Positions 24,287 through 33,848 of a stretch of DNA of 64,000 bases are shown in pieces. The notes beneath the pieces were generated by a model, which did no database searches, was not told where the DNA came from, and saw nothing but the letters and a program-made list of their open reading frames with translations. The stretch is from Minisyncoccota bacterium. Lineage in GTDB: Bacteria; Patescibacteriota; Minisyncoccia; Phycocordibacterales; CSBR16-119. The position numbers were made by a program, and so were the translations under genes. The stretch covers positions 1,556-65,555 of the forward strand of contig JAWKSM010000002.1 of the NCBI GenBank assembly GCA_041389065.1. Direction: 5' to 3'. How positions within the stretch are numbered: position 1 is the stretch's first letter; every line of letters starts with the position of its first letter.

Positions 24287-24313
24287 GTTCGGTGAATGTG
24301 TTGGTTTAAGTAT

Positions 24314-24342
24314 ATAATATCATATTTAAATATATTTGTCAA
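24314..24342 (-). promoter_or_regulatory. Promoter of cassette E (shared promoter module)
   Basis: Minus strand reads CTTGACAAATATATTTAAATATGATATTAT. TTGACA (24337-24342), 17 nt, TATTAT (24314-19). Confidence 0.6.
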
Positions 24343-24404
24343 GTATTAAATTATTTTTAAGTTATCCACACCAGACCTTTGTAAATAGGGTATTATAGAA
24401 GGTA

Positions 24405-25712
24405 ATGAGTAAATTACTGCTTCAAGCTCTAATAGTGGCTTTTATGGGCATTTTCACGGCTTCTACGGCTTTTGCGCAGTCTGTTTCAGAGCTTGAAAGT
24501 CAAATAAAATCGAGAAACGCCGATGTTCAGGCCCTTCAACTCGAACTTCAAAAACTTCAATCAGAACTTAAAGTTATAAACGATAAATCAAATACTTTGG
24601 GAAATGCAGTTTCTGATCTCGATACCACAAGAAAAAAACTCCTCACAGAAATAAAAATTGCAGAAGATAAAATAAAGTCTACAAATAATTCAATTTCGAT
24701 TTTGGAAATTGAAATTGGCGACAAAGAAACTTCAATAAACAAAGCAAAAAAAGCTATTAGTTCTGGAATAAAAAGAATGCATGAAATCGATGCTGAAAAT
24801 ATTACATATAAAATTTTGTCTAAGAAAAGTTTTTCTGATGCACTAAACGAAACAAATGAGATAATCGACTTTCATAAAAAACTTCGAGAAAATGTTTCTG
24901 AGCTTCGAATAATTCAAAAAGGTTTATCAGAAACTATTTTGGAAAAAGAAGAAGCGAAAAGTAAATTGCTCGATTATAAAACAGAAGTGAACGGACAGAA
25001 AGTTGTTGTTGAAAAAAACAAAAGTGAAAAAGAAGCGCTTTTAAAAGAAACCAAAAATCAAGAAGCAGAATATCAAAAAATTATTGCAGAAAAAGAAAAG
25101 CTCAGGGCGCAGTTCGAGGCTGAGCTTCAAGACTTGGAATCAAAAATTCAGTTTCAGCTCGATCCTTCTTCTTATCCAAAACCTAAAAATGGAATTTTAG
25201 CTTGGCCACTTGCTTCTGTTTTGATAACCCAAAGATTTGGTCTGACAGATGATTCTCCAACGCTTTATAATTACCGAACTGGGGCTTGGCAGGGAAAACA
25301 CGCCGGAGTTGATTTTAGAGCAAACAACGATAAGGTTTTTGCTATGGCTGATGGAGTTGTTTTGGGAACAGGGGACACGGATGGCGTTTGTCCACGAGCA
25401 AGTACCGGTGTTTGGGTTTTGATTAAATACGACAATGGTCTGGCAAATACTTTCTTTCACTTAACTTCTTCGACTGTTAAGAAGGGTCAAAGAGTAAAGG
25501 CGGGGGATTTGGTTGCTTATAGCGGAAATACAGGATACTCAACGGCGCCACACTTACACGTTGGACTGATGCCAGCTTCACTTGTTTCTGTAAAAACTTG
25601 GCCAAGCGCAGGATGTCCAGGGAAAATGTATACAACGCCGGTTGTTGCTGGTTCTCAGTATTTAAATCCTCTCGATTATTTACCAAAGGCAACAGATGCA
25701 ATGTTTAAATAA
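24405..25712 (+). CDS. Coiled-coil M23 (LytM) peptidoglycan endopeptidase, EnvC-like architecture
   Basis: Signal peptide, ~240 aa of heptad-rich sequence, then HAGVDF...GNTGYSTAPHLHVG (the HxxxD and HxH M23 motifs). Confidence 0.8.
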   Translation: MSKLLLQALIVAFMGIFTASTAFAQSVSELESQIKSRNADVQALQLELQKLQSELKVINDKSNTLGNAVSDLDTTRKKLLTEIKIAEDKIKSTNNSISILEIEIGDKETSINKAKKAISSGIKRMHEIDAENITYKILSKKSFSDALNETNEIIDFHKKLRENVSELRIIQKGLSETILEKEEAKSKLLDYKTEVNGQKVVVEKNKSEKEALLKETKNQEAEYQKIIAEKEKLRAQFEAELQDLESKIQFQLDPSSYPKPKNGILAWPLASVLITQRFGLTDDSPTLYNYRTGAWQGKHAGVDFRANNDKVFAMADGVVLGTGDTDGVCPRASTGVWVLIKYDNGLANTFFHLTSSTVKKGQRVKAGDLVAYSGNTGYSTAPHLHVGLMPASLVSVKTWPSAGCPGKMYTTPVVAGSQYLNPLDYLPKATDAMFK

Positions 25713-25713
25713 A

Positions 25714-25968
25714 ATGAAAACTTTCACAGAAAAAGTCTTGCTTGTTGTGAGTAAAATACCAAAAGGAAAGACACTTTCGTATAAAGAAGTTGCTAAAAAG
25801 GCTGGAAGCCCGAAAGCCTTTCGGGCCGTCGGGAGTATTTTAAAGAAAAATTATAGAGAAGATATTCCTTGTCATAGAGTTATAAAAAGTGATGGAAAAA
25901 TAGGCGAATATAATCGTGGAAAAGAAAATAAAATTTTTATCCTCAGGAAAGAGGGCGCATTAAATTAA
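25714..25968 (+). CDS. ogt: MGMT-family methylated-DNA-protein-cysteine methyltransferase domain protein
   Basis: 84 aa from MKTFTEKV; IPCHRVIKSDGKIGEY active-site motif. Confidence 0.75.
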   Translation: MKTFTEKVLLVVSKIPKGKTLSYKEVAKKAGSPKAFRAVGSILKKNYREDIPCHRVIKSDGKIGEYNRGKENKIFILRKEGALN

Positions 25969-25987
25969 TTTATGATACAATAATAAT

Positions 25988-26353
25988 ATGAATTTTAGAG
26001 CTGGTTTTATAAATCTTCGAACACTTGTTGTTGTTATTTTGCTTATTGTGGCACTTGGAATGTTTGGAATAAACATTGAAGAAGATATTGCTGGAAATGA
26101 AGATGTTCAAGACAATGTTTCTTATGTATCTACTGGAGTGGCTGGATTTTGGAATAGATATTTGAGAGAACCAGCGGAATATATTTGGAATGATGTTTTT
26201 GTAAATTTAATTTGGGATAGTTTTGTTTTAAATATGCAAAGAATTAGAAACGGTGAATCTGCCACAAATTTTGAACTTCAGGGTGATTTACCTTATCAAA
26301 GCATCCCGAGCTATATAGACAATTATCAGCCTTATCAACCGGCAGAACAGTGA
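25988..26353 (+). CDS. Hypothetical membrane-anchored protein
   Basis: 121 aa with an N-terminal TM helix. Confidence 0.55.
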   Translation: MNFRAGFINLRTLVVVILLIVALGMFGINIEEDIAGNEDVQDNVSYVSTGVAGFWNRYLREPAEYIWNDVFVNLIWDSFVLNMQRIRNGESATNFELQGDLPYQSIPSYIDNYQPYQPAEQ

Positions 26354-26380
26354 TTATCTAGTAATTAAAGTTAGAGAAAT

Positions 26381-29300
26381 ATGAAAAAAACACTAAAAAT
26401 ATATAAGGCAATAATGGTTATTCTACTGTGTATGCAGTTTTTACCTTACGTTACATATGCCACTTCGAATTCATGGGATTTTTCTTCTAGTTCTGACTAC
26501 ACTTTTATCCCAACAGAAATAGAAGTTACTGCAGGAAATGCTCAGCTTAAGGTAAAAACTGATTGGAATGATTTGTCTTGGTTAAAACGCATGCCTATAA
26601 CCCTGAACAACACCGCCAACCCGTCTTCTTTTACAAATATACAGGTTAAGATTGTTCTTACATATGACTCAGACATGCAATCTGATTTTGATGACATTCG
26701 ATTTACAGACTCAGATGGGCAATCAGATTTAGATTTTTGGCTAGAAGAAAAAATAGATGGTGTGAGTGCCACTTTTTGGGTAGAAGTGCCAAGTTTGTTA
26801 GGATCTTCAAACAGAACAATTTATGTCTACTATAATAATGATTTAGCAGCGAGTACATCAAGTGGCTCGAATACATTTGTTGAGTTTGATGATTTCTCTG
26901 GGTCAACTTCAGATCATCAATTTGCATTCGGTTCTGATTCTGGTTACATGGCTGGATTTAATCCCGAAGATAGAAGATTTTACTTTCTTGGAACACAAAC
27001 AGACAATTTGACTGATTACAATGTTACAACATGGGCTAATATAGATACGTGGGAAGTTGGGTTTTCTTATCCATCAACAACTTTTGCAAACTCTAGTGTT
27101 GTCTGGCACCCAACCAAGCAAATGTTTTATTTATATGGGGGAACAGACGGTAATAGCACTACGCTTTCAAGAATCTATAGCTTTGATCCGGCAACTAATA
27201 CCCTTACACTACTCTCTGAAACATTGCCGCAATCAGTTATAAATCCTGGTGCTGTCTATAACCCAATGGACGATAAAATATATCTTTTTGGCGGACGAAG
27301 AACTCTTACTGGTGGCACCTCTACTTTTTCAAATACCATCTACACGCACAACTTAAACCTAATTACACCTACTGTCACTAATACTGGTGCTTTTTTGCCA
27401 ATTGCCTCGGAAGGAATGGAGCCAGTATATTCAGACGAAGACGGAAGAATTTATTTATTTGGAGGTGCCTATAATAATGCATCTACACTCAATAGCTTAA
27501 CCACCATACTTTCATATAATCCATCTACTCCGTCTGTAAACCCGGTTGACACGGGTTCAGATTTACCAACACCAAGAGATACAATGGGTACAGCTTATGC
27601 AAAAGGAAACGTCTATATTTTTGGCGGGTATAACTGGACTAACACTACGTATTATAATACGGTATATAAATATGATATTTCCTCAAATACTCTGTCGACT
27701 CTGACTGCGACAATCCCACACGCCGATGATGATATGAAGGCTTTTTATGATTCTGTAAATGATAAAATTTATGTTGGACCACTTATTCATAGTACGGCAT
27801 CGTCAAACGAAGATAAAAGAAAAGTTGTTATTTTAGAATTTGATCCAAACACAGAGGAATTTGAACCAGAACCTTCGCTTGGAACTACACCTGCAGGCTG
27901 GACTTCTACTGGAACCGAGACAGTAGATATTCCTAGATCAATTGGCGGAAATCTTGTTTTTTCAGATCACTCGACTACCACGTATCTTGCAGCACAAAGA
28001 ACCATCAGCACCTTGTCTGGTGTAAAGATGGTTGAATATAAGGTTGACATTGCGAATTCTCTTTCTAATATACAATTTTATATTTCACCATCTTCGTTTA
28101 ATTTCTTTACAAATTCAGCTTCTTTGATTAGAAACTCTGCTACAACATCATGGCAGTTGGCAACGGGCTCAACCACAAATCAAACTATTGCCACGATACA
28201 AAAAAATAAACATGTAATAGGTCACCTAATTGATGTGCCAAATGCCAAAAATTACGGTCTCGTAAACAGGGAAAGTCGTACACCTGCTCAAAACTGGATA
28301 ACAAACAACCCACCACTGGTTACTTTGCAGATTAATACTCCAGCGGGAACGACAGTTAACGGTAGTGGTACTGGTGCAGCCATGATTGATTGGATGATTG
28401 TTCGTAATTCAACCACAGGGTCAGAACCTACGGCCACTGTCAACTCAGAAGAAGGTTTGTATGTAACCACCAATCCAAGTATTTTACCGAATAATCCAGT
28501 ATCGTTCACTTCACTGTCTGACTTTACTGAAATTTCAGTAAAAAATGGAGGGGAGATTAAATATCAAATTTCTAACGACGGAGGAGTCACGTGGTATTGG
28601 TATAATTCTGGCTGGATTGCAACTTCTTCAGGATATACTGAATCTAATATAGCTTCAGAGGTTGGTTCAAACATAGCATCTTTTTCAACAGGGATGGATC
28701 ATTTGTATTTAAGGCATATCTAAATTCTAACGGAACTCAATTGGTTCAGTTAAGTAATATTGAATTATCATATATTAATGATATTACAGGCCCCGCGAGA
28801 TCATCTACTTCTCCAAGCGGAGCGTTGTCATCAGGTACTACAAGCACAAACATATCTCTAACAACAGATGAAAACGCAACATGTAAATATTCAACTACCC
28901 CTGGTACATCTTATGGCTTTATGCCTCAAACCTTTGGTACAACGGGGGGTGTTAATCATTCCCAGAGTATCTCGAGTTTAACAAATGGAAGTTCCCATGT
29001 TTACTACGTCAGATGTCAAGACTCTATAGGAAACTCTAATAGCGATGATCTTCTCATTTCATTTAGTGTTGTAGAAATAACTCGCAGTGAGTCAACATCA
29101 AGCGGATCTAGACCAAATAATTTTAACCTTTTAAACAAAAATATACCATTAGAAAATGAGAACAAAGCTATCGTTATATTTAAAAAAGAATTCGGCTTTG
29201 GCAGTAGAGGTGAGGAGGTTATAGAATTGCAAAATTTTCTAATTAAAAATTCATATCTTTTGAAATCTTTGAATACTGGTTTTTTTGGAAATTTAACGAA

Positions 29301-29715
29301 AAACGCATTAACTGATTTTCAAAAACAAAATAATATTTTCCCAGCAACTGGTTTTTTTGGTCCGAAAACTAAAGCCATAATAAATTCAAAAAATAATAGT
29401 GAAACATCTTCAGGAAATTATGGTACAAATGATAATTTTATAAAACCAATGGATACTTTATTAAGAGATTTAAAAATTGGAATGATTGGTGAAGATGTTA
29501 GAATGCTTCAAAAACTTTTAAACCAGAACGGATATTTTGTCTCTAATTTTGGTGCTGGATCAAACGGGCAAGAAACAAATTATTTTGGTCCAAAAACACA
29601 AAAGGCTTTAAAAGATTATCAAAAACAAAATAATATTTTCCCAACTGCTGGATACTTTGGTCCTATAACTCGCCAAAATATGAAATTTAAAACATTAAAA
29701 GGTCTTTGGTGGTAG
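26381..29715 (+). CDS. Giant (~1110 aa) secreted surface protein: DUF2341-like N-domain, Kelch-like repeats and two C-terminal PG-binding repeats; one frameshift at ~28691-28693
   Basis: Signal peptide. ..DFDDIRFTDSDGQSDLDFWLEE..TFWVEVPSL..IYVYYNN (DUF2341-like). Recurrent xxYLFGG/YIFGG blades. ORFs 26381-28723 and 28741-29715 join if a G-run is one base longer (..SFVFKAYLNSNGTQLVQLSNIEL..). C-terminus has GxxGxxVxxLQxxL...FGPxTxxAL repeated twice. Confidence 0.7.
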
Positions 29716-29743
29716 TTTTAAAGATAAAATGCTATATTAAAAT

Positions 29744-30514
29744 ATGACAGCTAGAAAATTTTTTATAGGAAAGGGGATTGGTTTTTTAATTTTGATTGTT
29801 TTAGTTCTTGGCTTTTTTGGTTTTAAATCTTTAAATAATCACATATACAAAGAAAAGCAAGAAAATCCATCTGACATCGTCTCTTATAGAGCTAATCTTT
29901 CTGGAACGCAAACCTGTTTACCTCATAAAGATACTTCAGGTCCACAAACTCTTGAGTGTGCCATTGGCTTTAAGACTGATGAGGGAAAATACTATTCTCT
30001 AGACTTTATGCTTATGTCTCAAATTCCTCCAGAAATACAAGGTGGTGATCGTTTTAGCGCGTGGGGACTTGTGACTCCGATAGAAATGTTAAGTTCTAAT
30101 CATTTGCAAAAGTATGACATTGTCGGAGTTTTTTCTGTAACAGATTCTGTAAAAATTTTAGATAGATCAGAGCCCATAAGTTTTTCGTGGGAATTTAAAG
30201 ATTCAAAAACTTTAAACCTTGATGGAAATCCAAGTACAGATATTTATTTAAAAATTAAATATTCAAATTATAGAGAAGAGGGGAAATTTATAGAGACTGT
30301 TCCAGGTGGATGCAATACCTTACCTGAAGCTGACCCTGACACACTGCCCGACACAGAAAATGCTCAATGCTACTACGCGGGATTTGGCGAGCGTTTTAAA
30401 ATTATAAAAGGTGAAAATTCTTACATTTTAATGAAGCAAGAATTTGAAGAAGGTTCACCAGATAATAATTCTCCAACAGAAGAATATAAGAAAATTGACG
30501 AGTTCAATATGTAG
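29744..30514 (+). CDS. Hypothetical membrane-anchored protein
   Basis: 256 aa with N-terminal TM; no recognisable family. Confidence 0.55.
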   Translation: MTARKFFIGKGIGFLILIVLVLGFFGFKSLNNHIYKEKQENPSDIVSYRANLSGTQTCLPHKDTSGPQTLECAIGFKTDEGKYYSLDFMLMSQIPPEIQGGDRFSAWGLVTPIEMLSSNHLQKYDIVGVFSVTDSVKILDRSEPISFSWEFKDSKTLNLDGNPSTDIYLKIKYSNYREEGKFIETVPGGCNTLPEADPDTLPDTENAQCYYAGFGERFKIIKGENSYILMKQEFEEGSPDNNSPTEEYKKIDEFNM

Positions 30515-30515
30515 A

Positions 30516-30672
30516 TTGACATATTAAACTATATATGCTATTATCTGCTTATTGTAAGATTCTTCTTGAATAGGAAAAACCTTAATTCTTAAAGAGGCAG
30601 TCGCCTTACTTTTTATCAAAGACTGCACTGGAGAAATCGAAATCTCCTTTATTTCTAAGCAGTCTTTTTAGT
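30516..30672 (+). promoter_or_regulatory. Promoter plus ~120-nt structured 5' UTR of the DEAD-box helicase gene
   Basis: TTGACA (30516-21), 17 nt, TATTAT (30539-44). UTR ends pair (CTGCTTA ... TAAGCAG); internal hairpins GCAGTC...GACTGC and GGAGA-AATCGAA-ATCTCC. Confidence 0.5.
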
Positions 30673-31908
30673 ATGCAAAGTAAAAAATTTAATAAATCGA
30701 AGAAATCAAATTTTAAAGGTAAACGTAATTTTTCTAATAAATTTCGTGGAAAAAATAACAATAAAAGAGGAGGAAAAAATCGTTTTGGTCAAATAAGTAA
30801 CGCTGATGTATCAAAATTTGTAAATAAAGTTACTGTGCCAGAAACTGTGGAGGTGTTTGTGCCGGAGCATACTTTCTCTGATTTTTTGATCGATGAAAGA
30901 CTTAAAAAAAATATAATTAAACGTGGATATAAAACACCTACGCCAATTCAAGACAAATCTATTCCTGAAGCTTTGAAAGGAAATGATGTTGTTGGAATCG
31001 CAAATACTGGGACAGGGAAGACTGGGGCTTTTCTTATTCCAACTATTCACAAAGTTCTAAATAATCCTTCTGAAAAAATCTTGGTTGTTGTTCCGACAAG
31101 AGAACTTGCTCTTCAAATTAACGATGAGTTTAGAGCTTTTAGAATGGAAAAAATGTATTCTGTTTGTTGCGTTGGTGGGATGCCGATCTACAGACAAATC
31201 AAAGATTTAAAAATGAACAATAATTTTGTTATCGGTACTCCAGGAAGATTTAAGGATCTAATTGATCGTAAGGTTTTAGACCTGTCACTTTTCAATACGA
31301 TTGTTTTAGACGAAGCAGATAGAATGCTTGATATGGGATTTGTAAATGATATGCGTTTTATGATGAGTCAAATGCCAGAAAATAAACAAACTTTGTTTTT
31401 TTCTGCAACACTTTCTTCAGAAATTGAAAAACTTATAAAAGATTTCTTAAAAAATCCTGTAAAAATTTCTGTTAAAACAGGTGACACTTCAAAAAATATC
31501 GAGCAAGATGTTGTTATGGTTAAACCTGGATTAGATAAAATTGAAGTTTTGCATGACCTTCTAATCAGTCCTGAATTTCAAAAAGTTTTAATTTTCGGAA
31601 GAACAAAGCACGGGGTTGAAAAGCTATCGAATAATCTAAACAAGCGCGGATTTAAAACCGGTTCAATTCACGGTGACAAACGTCAATCTCAAAGACAAGG
31701 AGTACTTAATCTTTTCAAGAAAAACGAAATACAGATGCTTGTAGCGACCGATGTGGCTGCAAGAGGTTTAGATATACCTGACGTAAGTCATGTTATCAAC
31801 TACGATGTGCCAGCTACACATGAAGACTATATTCACAGAATTGGCCGAACTGGACGAGGAGACAAAAAGGGGAAGGCGTTAACTTTACTTGAATCTAAAA
31901 ATAAATAA
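30673..31908 (+). CDS. DEAD-box ATP-dependent RNA helicase
   Basis: ANTGTGKT (motif I), DEAD, SAT and HRIGRTGR motifs, with a basic N-terminal tail. Confidence 0.92.
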   Translation: MQSKKFNKSKKSNFKGKRNFSNKFRGKNNNKRGGKNRFGQISNADVSKFVNKVTVPETVEVFVPEHTFSDFLIDERLKKNIIKRGYKTPTPIQDKSIPEALKGNDVVGIANTGTGKTGAFLIPTIHKVLNNPSEKILVVVPTRELALQINDEFRAFRMEKMYSVCCVGGMPIYRQIKDLKMNNNFVIGTPGRFKDLIDRKVLDLSLFNTIVLDEADRMLDMGFVNDMRFMMSQMPENKQTLFFSATLSSEIEKLIKDFLKNPVKISVKTGDTSKNIEQDVVMVKPGLDKIEVLHDLLISPEFQKVLIFGRTKHGVEKLSNNLNKRGFKTGSIHGDKRQSQRQGVLNLFKKNEIQMLVATDVAARGLDIPDVSHVINYDVPATHEDYIHRIGRTGRGDKKGKALTLLESKNK

Positions 31909-32178
31909 ATTTATCTAACTCAGACTTTTTAAATTTTTAATTGAAGGGGAAGGGGTTAACCTGAATACGGCCTTATTTATAAGTAATAAGCGTCGTAAAA
32001 GATATATTGTGCGACGTTAATATAATAAAGAACCATAGATACTTATTAAATTAAAATGATTAAAAACCCTACTTCCCCTAACCTTTACACTTAAAATTTA
32101 TTCTAGGTAAATATTTTTATTTTTTATAAATATAAAAAATACTTTTACTTCACTTCCCCTACCACCTGGCCTAAAAAA
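31909..32178 (+). other. Noncoding region with repeated AGGGGAAG / CTTCCCCT motif copies and an AT-only perfect inverted repeat
   Basis: Sense copy 31944-31960 repeats 31867-31883, which lies inside the helicase 3' end. Antisense copies are at 32065-32083 and 32148-32166. ATTTTTTATA-AA-TATAAAAAAT is at 32119-32140. No ORF. Confidence 0.5.
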
Positions 32179-32216
32179 GAAGAAGCCACGTCTATGAGAC
32201 GGGCTTCTTTCTTTGA
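32179..32216. terminator. Bidirectional terminator
   Basis: AGAAGCC-A-CGTCT-ATG-AGACG-GGCTTCT, with T-rich tracts on both strands. Confidence 0.7.
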
Positions 32217-32496
32217 GGTCTATTTCGAGACTTCCAGAATCCATAATTTCGAATGATCGGTATCCTTCCCTTTAAAAAATAGATGTATACATACCTAGGA
32301 ATTATAAATACTAATACCATTGGAACCACTAAAAATGAAAATTTCTTTAGTGACATTGAAATATATCTCTACCGAGAAATCCTAATACCTTGATTGAAAA
32401 ATAGAGCGTGGCTAGAGACGCAAATAATATAACCAGCAAGAACAATCCATCCATCAGAAAAGCTGCCATTTTGAACGCCTCAGCTTTTTTCTTCAT
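32192..32496 (-). pseudogene. Small two-TM membrane protein, apparently split by one frameshift (~32350)
   Basis: Hand translation gives MKKKAEAFKMAAFLMDGLFLLVILFASLATLYFSIKVLGFLGRDIFQCH* overlapping MSLKKFSFLVVPMVLVFIIPRYVYIYFLKGRIP... in the next frame. Both pieces are below the ORF-track size cutoff. Confidence 0.35.
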
Positions 32497-32561
32497 GACT
32501 TAAGAGTTTCAGGGGTTCGTATAAAAGATTAATATATTTAGCTTTAAAGTCAATTGCCTTC

Positions 32562-32864
32562 TTAGCAAGAGCTTGTGTAGTCATAGCCTGACTTTTTTGC
32601 GTCTTCTCCACTCTTAAAATAAATTCTGTTTGTCAACTTTATTCTATTCACCGCCTTACACCCTCTTGGGTAATACTTTGTTCCGTTTATAGAAGCAACA
32701 TAGTTAAAACTTTTAAAGTTCATATCAATTTTTGAAAGACTTGGAACAATAAATTCAACTTCGCTATCATTTCCGCCCTGCTCTAAAGCAGACATTCTCC
32801 CAAGTCCAAAAGACAAAATTCCGACAAGGATGATGATTATAATGACGATATACTCTTTTTTCAT
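32562..32864 (-). CDS. Membrane-anchored protein with a small Cys-containing C-terminal domain (Ada-type metal-binding-like)
   Basis: 100 aa with N-terminal TM. ..GTKYYPRGCKAVNRIKLTNRIYFKSGEDAKKSGYDYTSSC. Pattern-level call only. Confidence 0.45.
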   Translation of the reverse strand: MKKEYIVIIIIILVGILSFGLGRMSALEQGGNDSEVEFIVPSLSKIDMNFKSFNYVASINGTKYYPRGCKAVNRIKLTNRIYFKSGEDAKKSGYDYTSSC

Positions 32865-33072
32865 ATATTCATTAAAGCATATATTTCCCTTTATTAACTC
32901 AAATTTAAGTGGAAAATATCTAAAAATAAGCCTTGATTACCCTATCCCCCCATTTATTGAAAAAGACTTGCATTTTTTAACCATATATCGTATACTTGTG
33001 CTCGTTATTATTTAAGTAAAGATTCAGATATTTCCTTACAAATTAAGGCAATATTAAGAAAATAAGTATAGT

Positions 33073-33357
33073 ATGGCACATAGAAAAGCCGGCGGTACAG
33101 CTAGAAACTTAAGAGACTCAAACCCAAAATATCTTGGGGTTAAAATTGCTGATGGTGAAAAAGCCAAAGCAGGATCTATTATCGTTCGCCAAAGAGGAAC
33201 AGATGTAATGCCTGGAAAGAACGTAGACATGGGAAAGGATCACACTCTTTACGCAATGATTGATGGAACTGTTAAGTTCGGAAAAAAGAGAAAAACAAAT
33301 TTTGATAACAAAGTAGTTGTTAAAAAAATTGTTGAGGTTGTAGCTTACGCAAAATAA
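33073..33357 (+). CDS. rpmA: 50S ribosomal protein L27
   Basis: [24 protein letters not shown].. is a canonical L27. Confidence 0.93.
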   Translation: MAHRKAGGTARNLRDSNPKYLGVKIADGEKAKAGSIIVRQRGTDVMPGKNVDMGKDHTLYAMIDGTVKFGKKRKTNFDNKVVVKKIVEVVAYAK

Positions 33358-33366
33358 AATATAAAA

Positions 33367-33398
33367 CAAAACCCTCACAAACAAACGTGAGGGTTTTG
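33367..33398. terminator. Bidirectional terminator between rpmA and rplI
   Basis: CAAAACCCTCAC-AAACAAAC-GTGAGGGTTTTG, a 12-bp stem. Confidence 0.85.
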
Positions 33399-33400
33399 TT

Positions 33401-33844
33401 TTATTCATTTTCTATTTTTAAGTCAAACTTTTCTTTTACTTCCCCGTTGCTTATTTCAAAAGAATAAGATCCGACACTTTTTATTTCTGGAGATTTAAAA
33501 TTTGCGTTACTCAAATTTACGTCAGTTTGGTTTTCAATAAATTTTATAATATCTTTTGAAGTGATTTTTTTAAACAAACTCCCCTTTTCATTTGCCCGAG
33601 CTTTCATAACAATACTTCCCTCTTCTTTTAATTTTTGAATCAGATTTTTGACTTTCTCATTTTCAGTTTTTTGATGATCGAGCTTACCTTTGTTTAAGCT
33701 TTCAAAAGCCCTCAAGGCTTCAGGCGTGGCCTCTTTGGCATGTTTGCCAGGTATAAGAAAGTTTCTAGCGTATCCTTCGTTTACATCTTTTATCTCGCCT
33801 TTCAGACCTTTTTTCTTTACGTTTTTCAGAAATATAACTTTCAT
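33401..33844 (-). CDS. rplI: 50S ribosomal protein L9
   Basis: [36 protein letters not shown] is a typical L9 N-domain. Confidence 0.9.
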   Translation of the reverse strand: MKVIFLKNVKKKGLKGEIKDVNEGYARNFLIPGKHAKEATPEALRAFESLNKGKLDHQKTENEKVKNLIQKLKEEGSIVMKARANEKGSLFKKITSKDIIKFIENQTDVNLSNANFKSPEIKSVGSYSFEISNGEVKEKFDLKIENE

Positions 33845-33848
33845 GTTT

